NCBI GenBank assembly: GCA_038227875.1
Contig: JBBRPR010000067.1
Span: 1 to 43,178, forward strand
Direction of reading: 5' to 3'
Source of the DNA: Planctomycetota bacterium
GTDB taxonomy: Bacteria; Planctomycetota; SZUA-567; H5-PLA8
Length of the DNA stretch: 43,178 bases
In this document: in pieces, positions 10,131 to 20,087 of the stretch
Numbering within the stretch: position 1 is the first letter of the stretch
Layout of the letters: each line of letters opens with the position of its first letter
Made by a program: the position numbers and the translations under genes
Notes under the pieces: generated by a model
The model's input: only the letters and a program-made list of their open reading frames with translations
Told to the model about the DNA's origin: nothing
Database searches by the model: none

Positions 10131-11039
10131 ATGGAGTCGGAACTTCAGCGCATCGTCTTCGTCGGCGACCTGCATTACCAGGCGCAGGACCGCGGTTATC
10201 TGCTCTGTTCCCGCGCGCTGGAATTGTGGCGCGCGTTGACGCTGCGGGGAAACGCTCCACCGCACGCGTTCGTTCAAGTGGGCGACCTGATCGACGGCTA
10301 CAAGCTGCCCATCGACAACAACAAGCTCGACCTGGCCACGGTCGGCGAAGCACTGCGGCGCTCGCCGGTTCCCGCGCACGCGATTGTCGGCAATCACGAA
10401 ACCTACTGGCTTCCGGACCGCGCGTACCATCTTCAGGCGCTCAAACTCGAGTCGTTTTCGCGCGTGATCGACGGTGCCGTGCGGATCGTGCTCTTCGATG
10501 TCACCGTCGATCATGAAAGTTACGGCGAGCTCACGCCCGATCGCGCCGCGTGGCTCACGGCCGCCGCCTCCGCCGAACCGGCGCGGCCGATCGTGATCGT
10601 GCAGCATCAGCCCATTCACGTCAGCGATGAGATCTGCACGCACCGCCACTACGTTCGCAACTCCGGCGATTACCGGCGGCTTCTAGCGCGCCTACCCAAC
10701 GTCCGGATGCTGATCACCGGCCACCGCCACATTCCGGAAGTCACGACCGTGAATTCGATTCCGCAGGTGACGCTGGGCGCGTTCTGCAGCTACCCGTTCA
10801 CGATCGGGGAATTGAGCATCGACGCGGCCGCGCAACAGGCGGTGTTGCGCGAGCGCCCGCTGGAAGCGCTATGCGAGCTCGATGCGTCGCTCGACTTTTC
10901 GCAAATGCTCGACGCCAGCCAGCGCATGATCATCGCAGACAATCCGGACGTCTGGCGCAACCGGCCGAGGCTGACGCGCGAACTGGCGGACGTGCGGATC
11001 TCGTGGGCGGCCGGGTCAAAGCCCCATTTCCACCGTTGA
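10131..11039 (+). CDS. Calcineurin-like metallophosphoesterase
   Basis: GDLH, GDLID, GNHE, HQP, GHRH motifs. Confidence 0.88.
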   Translation: MESELQRIVFVGDLHYQAQDRGYLLCSRALELWRALTLRGNAPPHAFVQVGDLIDGYKLPIDNNKLDLATVGEALRRSPVPAHAIVGNHETYWLPDRAYHLQALKLESFSRVIDGAVRIVLFDVTVDHESYGELTPDRAAWLTAAASAEPARPIVIVQHQPIHVSDEICTHRHYVRNSGDYRRLLARLPNVRMLITGHRHIPEVTTVNSIPQVTLGAFCSYPFTIGELSIDAAAQQAVLRERPLEALCELDASLDFSQMLDASQRMIIADNPDVWRNRPRLTRELADVRISWAAGSKPHFHR

Positions 11040-11804
11040 GATCAGTTCGAAGATCCATCGGATGTAAAAGAAGTGCGATGGAATCAGCGCGATTCCCGCG
11101 GCCAGCATCAAATACGTCAGCTTCTCCGGTTCCCTGTAGGCTGGCATCCGCTTCCACTGCCAGAGTTGATCGACAATGAACATCAGTGCGCAGGCAATAA
11201 CCAGGAAGACCACCAGGCTCTGAAAACACTTCTTAATCCCCTGCTCCCAGGACAGGAGCCGGCCGGCGATGCCGCTTTGTCCCGGAAACATCAAGCCGAT
11301 AAAACCACAGGTTAAGGGATACGCGAGGATCATTTGTCCGGGCTTGTAGAACGCCAGGACGCAGATCAGGACGAAACCCGTGATTGACCCACAAATCAAT
11401 CGCACCTTGTCTGACTTGGCCTTGAACTCTTGCAGGCCGCTCATGGTATGATCAGTCGCCGACGTCTTGATGATAGACCAGAGAAATGAAATGAACGTCG
11501 TCGCGAGAAGGACGAGAAAGAGAATCAGCGCCGGTTGAAACGATAGAAGCAAGACCGCGCCGCCGCCGACACCCGCCGCCAGTGGTATGGCAAGAACGTG
11601 CCGCATGAACTCTCGAGTCGCGGCGGCGAACAACCACGCCGTCCCAAAAGCGCAGCAGGCCAGAAATACGGCCAGTAGGTCTTCGACGTTCTTACTTTTT
11701 GAAAACCACCAGACCACCGCGGCCAAAACAGCAGCGGCCGGCACCGCAACCGCTGCGAATGTCCACGGCCAAAGCGTAAACGCGGGGCGTTCCGGCGGGT
11801 TCAT
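11016..11804 (-). CDS. Hypothetical multi-pass membrane protein
   Basis: Likely start MNPPERP; about 7-8 hydrophobic segments; overlaps the 3' end of the convergent phosphoesterase gene. Confidence 0.65.
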   Translation of the reverse strand: MNPPERPAFTLWPWTFAAVAVPAAAVLAAVVWWFSKSKNVEDLLAVFLACCAFGTAWLFAAATREFMRHVLAIPLAAGVGGGAVLLLSFQPALILFLVLLATTFISFLWSIIKTSATDHTMSGLQEFKAKSDKVRLICGSITGFVLICVLAFYKPGQMILAYPLTCGFIGLMFPGQSGIAGRLLSWEQGIKKCFQSLVVFLVIACALMFIVDQLWQWKRMPAYREPEKLTYLMLAAGIALIPSHFFYIRWIFELISTVEMGL

Positions 11805-11851
11805 GCACGGGCTTCCAATAGCAGTCGAGCAGTCAATCGATTGTCGCAATT

Positions 11852-11884
11852 AAACGAAAAACGGCTCCAATCAGGAACCGTTTC
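11852..11884 (-). terminator. Terminator after tRNA-Phe
   Basis: Minus strand AAACGGTTCC-TGATT-GGAGCCGTTT followed by TTCGTTT. Confidence 0.65.
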
Positions 11885-11908
11885 GCCATGACACGCTATA
11901 AAATTTTA

Positions 11909-11984
11909 TGGTGCCAAGGCCCAGAATTGAACTGGGGACACCCACATTTTCAGTGTGGTGCTCTACCAACTGAGCTACCTTGGC
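11909..11984 (-). tRNA. tRNA-Phe(GAA)
   Basis: GCCAAGG TA GCTC AGTTGGTA GAGC A CCACA CTGAAAA TGTGG GTGTC CCCAG TTCAATT CTGGG CCTTGGC ACCA: canonical cloverleaf, encoded CCA. Confidence 0.97.
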
Positions 11985-12023
11985 ACCGCGCGGAACATCA
12001 TTAAAGAAGCGTGAGGTGTTGTC

Positions 12024-12056
12024 AAATCAAAGCGGGAGTTTTCGATACTCCCGCTT
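12024..12056 (-). terminator. Terminator after M16 peptidase, abutting a TTGACA -35 box (12025-12020) of the tRNA-Phe promoter
   Basis: AAGCGGGAGT-N7-ACTCCCGCTT stem followed on the minus strand by TGATTT. Confidence 0.65.
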
Positions 12057-12064
12057 CATTCAGT

Positions 12065-14929
12065 TCACTGCTTCTTCTCATCCTTGTTGGCGCTCGCCGG
12101 CGCTTTCGTCGGGATCGTGATGACCTGGAGGTGGCGCTCCGGCGTGATGTAACGCTTGAGCACGTCCATCATCTCTTCCTTGGAATAGGTCGTGATCTTT
12201 TCGACCAGCTCTTTGACGTCAGAGAGCTTCGTGCCGCGGTAGTCGAGATCGCCCAGCACGCCGACCCAGTAGCCGGGTTCCTTCAGCTGCGTTTCCAGGC
12301 TGTTCTTGAACTGTTTGCGTACGGTCGCGATCTCTTCGTCGGTCGGACCGTCCTTGGCGAACGTTTCAATCAGCTGCTCAGCCACGCCCGCGGCTTCGGC
12401 GGCCTTTTCGGGATCGGCCTGGAAGTATGCCGCGAGCATGCCCATGCCCTTGTACGCTTTCGACGGCTGGCTGATGCACGCCGGCGAGTACGCCAGGCTG
12501 CGCTTCTCGCGGATTTCCTGGCGCAGGCGCGTGGAGAGGATTTCGCCGGCGATCTGCAGGATGCGCCGGTCCTTCACTTCCGACCAGTCGGCGCCGCGCC
12601 AGCCGGTCAGCACCACCGCGCGGGGCGTGATCGTGTCGACGTCGACGGTGGCCGTCAGCGGGCCCTTCTTCTCGTCGATCTTGCGCAGGCCAGCGAGCGT
12701 CGCGTCGGTGACTTCGCGCTTGGGCAGGCCGCCGAGGTACTTCAGCGCCAGTTCCATCGCGCGCTTGGGGTCGATGTCGCCGACAATCGCCGCTTCGATC
12801 GGGCCGCTCTTGAAGATGGCGTCGATCCACGCCTGGGATTTGGCGATGTCGACCTTGTCGAGCTGTTCCTTGTTCAGAATCTTGATGCGGACGTCGTCGC
12901 CGCTGATCAGCGCCGAGAACTTGTCGCGGAGCTGCGCTTCGACGCTGGTCTTGCTCTGCTCGATCTGCTGCGCCTTGCCCTCGCGCCAGACTTTCACGGC
13001 GGATTCTTCGAGCTTGCCCTGCGTCAGGATCAGGTAGGCGAGGCGGAAGCCTTCTTCGATGTCTTCCGGCGTGCCGCTGATGCTCAGCGAGATTACGTCC
13101 TGTCCCGCGCCGCCGCCGACGGCGACGTTCTTACCGGTCATCATGTCGCGGATCGTGGTGGAATTGAGCTTGGCGGTGGCCGGCTGCGCCAGGATCAGCG
13201 CCGCTGCTTCGGAGATGCCCTTGGTCTCGGCCGTTTCGCGGATCGTGCCGCCGGCGAGGTTGATGCTGACGAGCACCTGGTTTTTCTTGAAATCCATGTT
13301 GCGCACGTGGATGCGCACGCCGTTGCTCAGCGTGGCGGACGTGATCTTCAGGTCGGGTTCTTCTTCCTGCGCCGTGATGGTGCCGGGCGTCGGTTCGGTT
13401 TCGAGCAGTGACTTGGGGCGCTCTTTTTCCTTCGGCGCTTCGAGCTTCGTCTGCTCCGCGGCTTCGCCGGCGGCGAGAATCTCGGCTTCCGTCGGAACCT
13501 TCAGGCCTTCCTTCTGCGGCATGGTGACGATCAGCAGGCGGGCTTTGGGATCGAAGTTCTTCTGGAACGCCGCGGTCACTTCTTCGCGGGTGATGCCCGG
13601 CAGCAGCGACTTGACCAGCTCCAGGCGCTGCGCGGCGGACATGGGCTTGATCTTGCGCGAGACGTCGTTGTTCATCGACGCCACGAACGAGCCGGCATCC
13701 AACGTGCCTTCCGTCTGCGCGGCCCGTTCGGCACCGGCCAGCGTTTCCTTCTTGGCGTCGTCGAGTTCCTGCTGGAGGATGCCGAATTCGCGGCCGCGTT
13801 TGATTTCCAGCAGCAGCGCCGTCAGCATCGCCGACCACTGTTCACCGCCGGCCTTGGCGTCCTTGTTGCTGCCTTCGCACTGCGCGTCGTAGTAGCGGCA
13901 GACGTTGAGGAACGGCGAGACGCCCAGTTCGGCGGTGAGGAACGGCGCCTTGCCTTTTTCAATCAGTTCGGTGTAGCGGCGGTTGAGCGCCCATTCGCCG
14001 AGGTCTTCGACCAGCTCGCGGCGGAAATCGGCGACGGTCTTCAACGGCGTGAGCGGCCCGATCTTGGCGACGCTGATTTCAGTCTTCTCCAGTTCCGGAT
14101 CGGTGATCACGCCGGCGCGGTTGGTTGTGTAGTCCTTCAGGCCCGGGTCGCTGTCGGTGGCCGGCGCTTCCACCGGTTTCCATTCGCCGAAATTGTCCGC
14201 GATTAGCTTCTCGACCGCGGCGGGATCGATGTCGCCGACCACGATCACGGTCGTGTTGTCCGGCCGGTACCACTTGGTGTAGTAGTCGACGAAGCGCTGG
14301 CGATCGGCGGTCTTGATCACGTCGTCGATGCCGATCGGCAGGCGTTCGGCGAAGCGCGAGCCGGGGGCGATCATCGGCAGCAGCTTTTCGATGATGCGCT
14401 GACCGGCGCCTTTGCGCGTGCGCGATTCTTCGAGGATCACGCCGCGTTCGGTTTCGAGCTTGTCGTTGGGCAGCAGCAGGCGGAAGCCGAAATCGGCGAG
14501 GCACTGCATACCCTTCTGCAGCGTTTCGGGCTTGGTGTCGGGGAGCGTCAGCTTGTACGTGGTCTGGTCGAAGCTCGTGAAGGCGTTCTGGTCGCGGCCG
14601 AACTGGAGACCCAGCGATTCGAAGTACTTCACCAGCGTGCCTTCGGCGAAGTTGGTGCTGCCGTTGAAGGCCATGTGTTCGAGAAAATGGGCCAGGCCGC
14701 GCTGGTTGTCTTCTTCGTTGATCGAACCGCTGCCGACGTGCATCCAGATGTTCACTTTGCCCGGCGGCGTTTTGTGGGCGCGGATCCAGTAAGTGAGCTT
14801 GTTGGGCAGCGTGCCCATCTTGACCTGGGGATCGACCGGCAAGGGCTGATCTTCCGCCCGCGTCGTCGAGACCACAGCCAAAGCCAGAAGACAGATGACG
14901 GCCGAACAACGCGTTACACGCGAGAACAT
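12065..14929 (-). CDS. Periplasmic M16 family zinc metallopeptidase (insulinase/PqqL-like)
   Basis: Start MFSRVT after SD AGGAG (the longer ORF upstream is not credible); signal peptide; GLAHFLEHMAFNGS (HxxEH), NAFTSFDQTTY, ERGVILEE, RLPIG, WYRPDN, IREKRSLAYS. Confidence 0.93.
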   Translation of the reverse strand: MFSRVTRCSAVICLLALAVVSTTRAEDQPLPVDPQVKMGTLPNKLTYWIRAHKTPPGKVNIWMHVGSGSINEEDNQRGLAHFLEHMAFNGSTNFAEGTLVKYFESLGLQFGRDQNAFTSFDQTTYKLTLPDTKPETLQKGMQCLADFGFRLLLPNDKLETERGVILEESRTRKGAGQRIIEKLLPMIAPGSRFAERLPIGIDDVIKTADRQRFVDYYTKWYRPDNTTVIVVGDIDPAAVEKLIADNFGEWKPVEAPATDSDPGLKDYTTNRAGVITDPELEKTEISVAKIGPLTPLKTVADFRRELVEDLGEWALNRRYTELIEKGKAPFLTAELGVSPFLNVCRYYDAQCEGSNKDAKAGGEQWSAMLTALLLEIKRGREFGILQQELDDAKKETLAGAERAAQTEGTLDAGSFVASMNNDVSRKIKPMSAAQRLELVKSLLPGITREEVTAAFQKNFDPKARLLIVTMPQKEGLKVPTEAEILAAGEAAEQTKLEAPKEKERPKSLLETEPTPGTITAQEEEPDLKITSATLSNGVRIHVRNMDFKKNQVLVSINLAGGTIRETAETKGISEAAALILAQPATAKLNSTTIRDMMTGKNVAVGGGAGQDVISLSISGTPEDIEEGFRLAYLILTQGKLEESAVKVWREGKAQQIEQSKTSVEAQLRDKFSALISGDDVRIKILNKEQLDKVDIAKSQAWIDAIFKSGPIEAAIVGDIDPKRAMELALKYLGGLPKREVTDATLAGLRKIDEKKGPLTATVDVDTITPRAVVLTGWRGADWSEVKDRRILQIAGEILSTRLRQEIREKRSLAYSPACISQPSKAYKGMGMLAAYFQADPEKAAEAAGVAEQLIETFAKDGPTDEEIATVRKQFKNSLETQLKEPGYWVGVLGDLDYRGTKLSDVKELVEKITTYSKEEMMDVLKRYITPERHLQVITIPTKAPASANKDEKKQ

Positions 14930-14968
14930 GAGACTTCTCCTGAAGTTAGATTGATGCAGAACAACTAT

Positions 14969-15065
14969 CAGCCCGTTGCAAAGGTCTATTCCGCAAAGTT
15001 TCTCCGTGAAACGCCTGGCAGTAAAGGCGTTTCGCGGTGCAGGCCTAGGGTTTATCAGCGGGCTG
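14969..15065. mobile_element. ~97-bp MITE/REP-like repeat, copy 1
   Basis: Terminal inverted repeats CAGCCCGTTG...CAGCGGGCTG, internal hairpin GAAACGCCT-GGCAGTAA-AGGCGTTTC, 3' flank CTAG; about 85% identical by hand alignment to 25721..25816. Confidence 0.7.
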
Positions 15066-15592
15066 CTAGGGACACCTGGCTGGGGCGAATGTGAGTAGAT
15101 TAGTCCCCTTTTTAGAGACGTCCAGCGTCTGTCTGTGCCAATCAAATGGGATCGGGAGTCGACGTCGCCAATCTTTGTGCCCAAAGGCATAAAGGTCTGG
15201 GCATCAATCAGCCCAGACCCATTGGTTCCATACAAGACTGTACCGAGATGGCATTCCATTATGTAAATTTACCTTATGGTAAATACCACCACACCTATTT
15301 GGACACTCCGAAACTCTACTTTGCGTTTTATCTTGTCGGACACAAGTGCATGAACCGTCGATCGTTCAAAGAGTCAATGGGAACTCATTTTTTTATACTT
15401 CGCATGGTGCTTTTATTACCTTCGGAATTATGCTTCTACTTCGTTGTCACCTTTCTATGCGTAAGCGGTAAGCGTAATAAATGTTTAATTTTGCTTTCTT
15501 GATCACAATTCCTGATGCGCTGAGACCCTCTCGGTAGTCAAACGATGGCGGTGAGGTATCGGCGCCTTTTATTCTTAGAGGATGGAACGCTT

Positions 15593-17521
15593 ATGATGGA
15601 TGGAAAGCTTCGTCTTGCTTCGGCCGCTCTCGTGGCCAGCTTGGCCACCATGCTGCCGGTGCGCGCCGACTACGTGTTCCTCAAAGACGGCAATGTGATT
15701 GAGCTTAAAGACGTGCACGGCGTCACCATGCCCAACGGCAGCCGCGGCAAAAACACTGTTGGCGTTGAAGGCACCGATGAGAAGGGCGAGAAAAAGCAAT
15801 TCGAAGCCGTCGAGCTGACCGACGCGAACAATGTTGTTAACGCTGTTGTCAAAATGAAAACATCCTGGGAAAAGCGCGCCGACAATCAGAAGTGGTACGA
15901 CGATTCCGTTTTGAAAGTGGCCGAGACCTGGCAGGCGCAAGTCGATTTCGCGCGCCGCTGCAAAGAACGCTCGATGTACGACGAAGGACTCTTTCACTAC
16001 AAGAAAGCCTACGACCTCCGCGCCGCGCTGCCTGCCGATAAAGGTGAGACCGAAGAACAGCACCACCGCACGCTCGCGCTGTTCCTCGACAAGGAATGCG
16101 GGCTGCTTGATGAAGCCAACAACGAGTACGCGAAAGTTTACGACCTGATCAAGGATCAGCCCAAGGATTCCGAACAGCACCGCAAGATGGCGCTGTGGTG
16201 CATCGATCACGACCTGCCCGACGCCGCCGACGCGCAGTACAAGGAAGCGATCAAGACGGCTTCCGATACGCGCTTGTTGACCAAGGAATACGCGCAGTTT
16301 CAGCGCTCGCAGATCATCCCGCTCAATCGGCAGCTCTATCAGCAGCTGCTGCCCAACATCGAAACCGCCTGCAAGTACCTCCGCAAGAATGAATTCCTGA
16401 ACCCCGACGGCAGCATGGGCAAGGACGCCACGGAAGCCGGCGTGCAGACGCTGCGCGGCATGACCGCGATGACCGCCGAAGCGTTGCTGTGCGAGTGGGA
16501 TTTGAAGTTCTTCAAGGATCCGGACTCCGCGGGCTCTCCGCCGAAGGAAGTCACCGGCGCGATCAACTACCTGCTTTCAGACAAGGATCACAACCGTCAC
16601 ATGGGCCAGGGTTTCATGGGCGACGACCTGTGGGGCCCGGCGTTGACGTTGAGCTTTTTCGTCCGCGCGTACAGCCGCCCGTACCTGGCGGATCGGCGCG
16701 ACGAGATTGCCAAGGGCATTCAAGTCGCGATGCAGGATCTGAAGAAACTGCAGCGCAGCGACGGCGGCTGGAACTACTACAACTTCATTCAGAACAGTTG
16801 CAGCTTTCTGTCCTCCGTGATCCTGGTGAATCTGGAGTCGGCGAAGAACCTGGGGATGCCCGTCGACACGGCGATGATCGACGAGGCGCGCAAGTACGTG
16901 GAGAGCGCGAAATTCGGCGAGGGCACGTACAAGTATTCCGTCGAGAAGTACGAAGAGAAAGGGACCAACCGTTCGTTCTCAGCCGTGGGCGCGTGTTCGC
17001 GATCGCCGCTGTGCGAACTGGCGGTGATGTCGGCGGGCGGCGGCAGCCAGGGATCGATGCAGCGCGCGATCACGAACTTCTTCGCCGGCCACGACTTTCT
17101 GCTCAAACTGCGCGGCCTGAAAACCACGCACACCGGACAGGGCCGCACCGCGCCGTACTACTATTTGTTCAGCCACTACTGGACGTCGCGCTGCATCAAG
17201 CAGCTCCCGCGGCAGTTCCGCACCAACTTGCAAAACCTGATGGTACCCTTCCTCCTCTCCGCGCAGGAACCCGACGGGACGTATAAGGATTTCACCGGGA
17301 CCGCCGCGTACAAGCTCTATGCAACGTCACTGGCCGTGTTGACCATGCACGAACTGATCAGCGGCGAATCCGACATCGCTTTCACGCCGCTGAAGGCCGC
17401 CAAGTTTGAGGCGACCTTTGTGCCGAAGTCGCCCGGCGACACCACAGCCACGCCTGCGCCCCCGCCGCCCGAGAAGGTGAAGAAGACGGAGACGATTGAG
17501 CCGCCGAAAAAAAAGGACTGA
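15593..17521 (+). CDS. Secreted protein with helical/TPR-like N-terminal region and prenyltransferase/squalene-oxidase-repeat barrel
   Basis: Signal peptide ...LPVRA-DYVFLKDG; repeats NPDGSMG, LQRSDGGWNY, AQEPDGTY; PYYYLFSHYW; Pro/Lys-rich tail. Confidence 0.75.
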   Translation: MMDGKLRLASAALVASLATMLPVRADYVFLKDGNVIELKDVHGVTMPNGSRGKNTVGVEGTDEKGEKKQFEAVELTDANNVVNAVVKMKTSWEKRADNQKWYDDSVLKVAETWQAQVDFARRCKERSMYDEGLFHYKKAYDLRAALPADKGETEEQHHRTLALFLDKECGLLDEANNEYAKVYDLIKDQPKDSEQHRKMALWCIDHDLPDAADAQYKEAIKTASDTRLLTKEYAQFQRSQIIPLNRQLYQQLLPNIETACKYLRKNEFLNPDGSMGKDATEAGVQTLRGMTAMTAEALLCEWDLKFFKDPDSAGSPPKEVTGAINYLLSDKDHNRHMGQGFMGDDLWGPALTLSFFVRAYSRPYLADRRDEIAKGIQVAMQDLKKLQRSDGGWNYYNFIQNSCSFLSSVILVNLESAKNLGMPVDTAMIDEARKYVESAKFGEGTYKYSVEKYEEKGTNRSFSAVGACSRSPLCELAVMSAGGGSQGSMQRAITNFFAGHDFLLKLRGLKTTHTGQGRTAPYYYLFSHYWTSRCIKQLPRQFRTNLQNLMVPFLLSAQEPDGTYKDFTGTAAYKLYATSLAVLTMHELISGESDIAFTPLKAAKFEATFVPKSPGDTTATPAPPPPEKVKKTETIEPPKKKD

Positions 17522-17560
17522 GGTTACGGCGCGTCGCTTCGCTCACTTGAAACTGCTGAA

Positions 17561-17592
17561 AGAAAAACTCCCCGCGTAATCGGGGAGTTTTT
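17561..17592. terminator. Bidirectional intrinsic terminator
   Basis: AAAAACTCCCCG-CGTAAT-CGGGGAGTTTTT between convergent genes. Confidence 0.8.
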
Positions 17593-17617
17593 GTTCCTCA
17601 GCCCTCAGCCGTTCCGT

Positions 17618-17962
17618 TCAACCCGGTGGCCAGCCGAGCTGGCGGCCGCCGAGGAGGTGGAGATGGACGTGGGCGACGCTCTGGCCGCCGTCCTGGCCGC
17701 AGTTCAGAACAGTGCGGTAGCCGCGGTCGGCGATCTTCTCTTGCTGCGCGATCTGTTGAGCGGCGATGACCAGCCGCCCGACGAGGTTGCCGTCTTCCGG
17801 TGCAAAGTCGTTGGGTGAGGCGTAGTGCTTCTTGGGGATGACGAGGACGTGGACGGGCGCCTGCGGATTGATGTCGCGAAAGGCGAGGATCTCCGGGTCT
17901 TCGTAGACGACCATCGCCTGAATTTCACGTGCTCCGATTTTACAAAAAATGCAGTCCGGCAT
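17618..17962 (-). CDS. hinT: Histidine triad (HIT) nucleotide-binding protein, HinT-like
   Basis: DCIFCKI, AFRDINPQAPVHVLVIPKKH, GGQSVAHVHLHLLGGRQLGWPPG. Confidence 0.95.
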   Translation of the reverse strand: MPDCIFCKIGAREIQAMVVYEDPEILAFRDINPQAPVHVLVIPKKHYASPNDFAPEDGNLVGRLVIAAQQIAQQEKIADRGYRTVLNCGQDGGQSVAHVHLHLLGGRQLGWPPG

Positions 17963-18057
17963 TGAAGGAACCTCCCTGAAAACAGTTCACCGCCCGCATT
18001 ATGACACAAGGCGGAGCGTGAATCCAATTCAAGCTCGCAAGGGTTACGGGCTGTTGC

Positions 18058-18093
18058 AAAAAAGAGGGACTTGGCCTTGTGAGGCTAAGTCCC
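18058..18093 (-). terminator. Probable terminator after SRPBCC gene
   Basis: Plus strand AAAAAAGA-GGGACTTGGCCT-TGTG-AGGCTAAGTCCC, i.e. hairpin then U-tract on the minus strand. Confidence 0.7.
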
Positions 18094-18124
18094 GCTTCTT
18101 GAGGCTGGGTCATCGGCGCGGAAT

Positions 18125-18559
18125 TTATTCGCCGATGGTGACGGGCTCTTTTTCGAGGATGTTCTTCAATTCCAGCAACGCCATCTGGATCTGCTTCTCC
18201 ATCCGCCGGCTGCATTCCGGGGTGGTTTCGGGGACGGAGAGGCTGATCGTGACGATGGTGTCCTTCGGACCGTTGGGTTTGAATTGACACGAGCCAGCCG
18301 CGCTCGCCGGGGAATCCACCGTCGTCCGCCAGGCCAGCAGCGCCGGCTCTTCGCTGATGACCTCAACTTCGGCGTCCCAATGCTGGCTGCCGTCGAGCGA
18401 TTTGCCGCCCAGCTTGAACTTCGACGGGGCGACCGGTTCGATCGACGTGACGTCGGTGATGATGGTTGGCAGGTTGTCGAGATGGCGGCAAAAATCGAAG
18501 ACCGCTTCCGGCGGCCGGCCGACGACGATATTTTTTTCAAACTTCGTACACGAGCTCAT
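18125..18559 (-). CDS. SRPBCC / polyketide-cyclase-like (START superfamily) protein
   Basis: IVVGRPPEAVFDFCRHLDNLP, WDAEV...EEPALLAWRT, GSCQFKP, C-terminal helix LLELKNILE; SD GGAGGA. Confidence 0.85.
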   Translation of the reverse strand: MSSCTKFEKNIVVGRPPEAVFDFCRHLDNLPTIITDVTSIEPVAPSKFKLGGKSLDGSQHWDAEVEVISEEPALLAWRTTVDSPASAAGSCQFKPNGPKDTIVTISLSVPETTPECSRRMEKQIQMALLELKNILEKEPVTIGE

Positions 18560-18785
18560 TTTAAAAATCCTCCACTGTGCTTAGCATTCCCACTCCCAGC
18601 GCACCCTGCGCAGACGTTTGCGCTCGGTACCTTGGAGAGTGCGGGAGCAATTGTGGGACCGTGTTGAGTTAGCTGTGTAGAAGGCTGTGTGAGAGGTGAA
18701 ATGCACTGATTCTCGGAGCGGGGACGGCGAGAAATCCGGACGATGGAGGGATTGGTATTTATGAGTAATAACTCAGCGAAAATAG

Positions 18786-20087
18786 CTACGGCTTTGCGTT
18801 GACGGACTCCAATAACCGGCAAAGCGCTGTTCCGTCGGACTTCTCAAACCACTTCACTCGATCCTTTCCATCGGCATCTTTGAAAAACTCGAAGTCCATT
18901 TCATTTTGATTGTCTACTCCCAAGGGGAGTAGTTCCTTCTGCACTTCCCGTTCTATGCGAATTTTCGTTGCTTCCACCATGGCATAAGTGTGAGCCGTGT
19001 GGCCTGTCTTGTCGGCAAGGGTCGCGTCAGCGTCGGCGGAGAGCAGCATTTTGACCACGTCGATTTTGCGTTGTTCGCGTGACCAGGAGCGACCTAAAAC
19101 GGCATACATTAGCGCTGAGGATCCATCGACATCCACAGCATTGACGTATGCGTCTGCATCTAACAGCATGCGCACAATTTCTGGCCAACTGGCGGCCATC
19201 ATCAGCGCTGTTTCACCTTTGTATCCCGCTAGGTTGACGTCTGCACCCGCTGCGATCCAAGCGGCTGCGACGTCTTGCATTCCGCCGGCCGATGCAATTG
19301 CCAGTCCGGTCAAGCCGTCCTCAGGGCGCCGGCAGTTAACATCAGCGCCTTGGCTAAGAAAAGTTTTGAAAAGATTGGGATTGTAGGGTGGATTGGCCGA
19401 AGACAGAAGTCCCGCGTCGATGTCACGAAGAATGGGCTCGTCGATTTTCGATCCGTCGTGAATGGCATTTAAGCTGGGAGTGGTGGCAGAATCAATTTGC
19501 GCTTCAGTTTCCCGTTGATTGTCACGTCCCTCGGAATTTGAATGTTGGACGGTTCCTGAATCGGACCGCCGGTAGTCATTGAATATCCATGCAAGGGATC
19601 GTCCGAGCAGTCGTTCGCGATTCAAAAATGTTTTAGGCAGCAGGCCGGCAATGGAAAGGCTGATAGCGGAGTCGAACGTTGTAAATACACGCCGGTTTCG
19701 GTCCTCAGTCACCGTCCAAGGAATCATGTAATCGTGTTGTGCGGAGGAATGACAGGTCACGTTACTGCCATCCTTTAGAAACAACTTGATGCGTACCACT
19801 GGGGAGTCGTCTGTCCAGTCCGAACCAAAAACTTTTTGGACCAGTTCCGGGGACATGCCGAGCAGTTTCGGGTTGGGAGCATCAAGCGGCTCGCGCTCCA
19901 ATGCTGTCAGTAACACTGAAACTGATTCCACTGAGACGAAGAGGTTTTTCAATTCAGGCGGATCTACAATGCGGAATCGATCGCCTGCCGCAAGGGCTTC
20001 GAATTTTGCGGCATGTGACGGCGGCTCGGAGAGTCCAAGCCAGTGCGAGAAAATAACGAACCGCTCAACCTCACCGCCGTGGATCAT
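18786..20087 (-). CDS. Ankyrin-repeat protein with unknown N-terminal domain
   Basis: GADVN..GLTGL, GADVNL..GETALMMA, DAYVNAVDVDGSSALMYA, DATLADKTGHTA; visibly lower GC than flanks; start uncertain. Confidence 0.8.
   Translation of the reverse strand: MIHGGEVERFVIFSHWLGLSEPPSHAAKFEALAAGDRFRIVDPPELKNLFVSVESVSVLLTALEREPLDAPNPKLLGMSPELVQKVFGSDWTDDSPVVRIKLFLKDGSNVTCHSSAQHDYMIPWTVTEDRNRRVFTTFDSAISLSIAGLLPKTFLNRERLLGRSLAWIFNDYRRSDSGTVQHSNSEGRDNQRETEAQIDSATTPSLNAIHDGSKIDEPILRDIDAGLLSSANPPYNPNLFKTFLSQGADVNCRRPEDGLTGLAIASAGGMQDVAAAWIAAGADVNLAGYKGETALMMAASWPEIVRMLLDADAYVNAVDVDGSSALMYAVLGRSWSREQRKIDVVKMLLSADADATLADKTGHTAHTYAMVEATKIRIEREVQKELLPLGVDNQNEMDFEFFKDADGKDRVKWFEKSDGTALCRLLESVNAKP

Noticed and set aside
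11016..11984. Integrative island at tRNA-Phe
   Set aside because: No integrase and no duplicated tRNA-Phe 3' end seen; only a modest GC dip.
14969..15065. Integron attC site interpretation of the repeat
   Set aside because: Lacks RYYYAAC/GTTRRRY ends and there is no cassette array or integrase.
14930..15259. N-terminal extension of the M16 peptidase ORF (1064 aa) containing PRNAFTARRF, also seen in ORF 25717..26088
   Set aside because: The shared peptide is just the translation of the DNA repeat element; the real start is 14929 (SD plus signal peptide).
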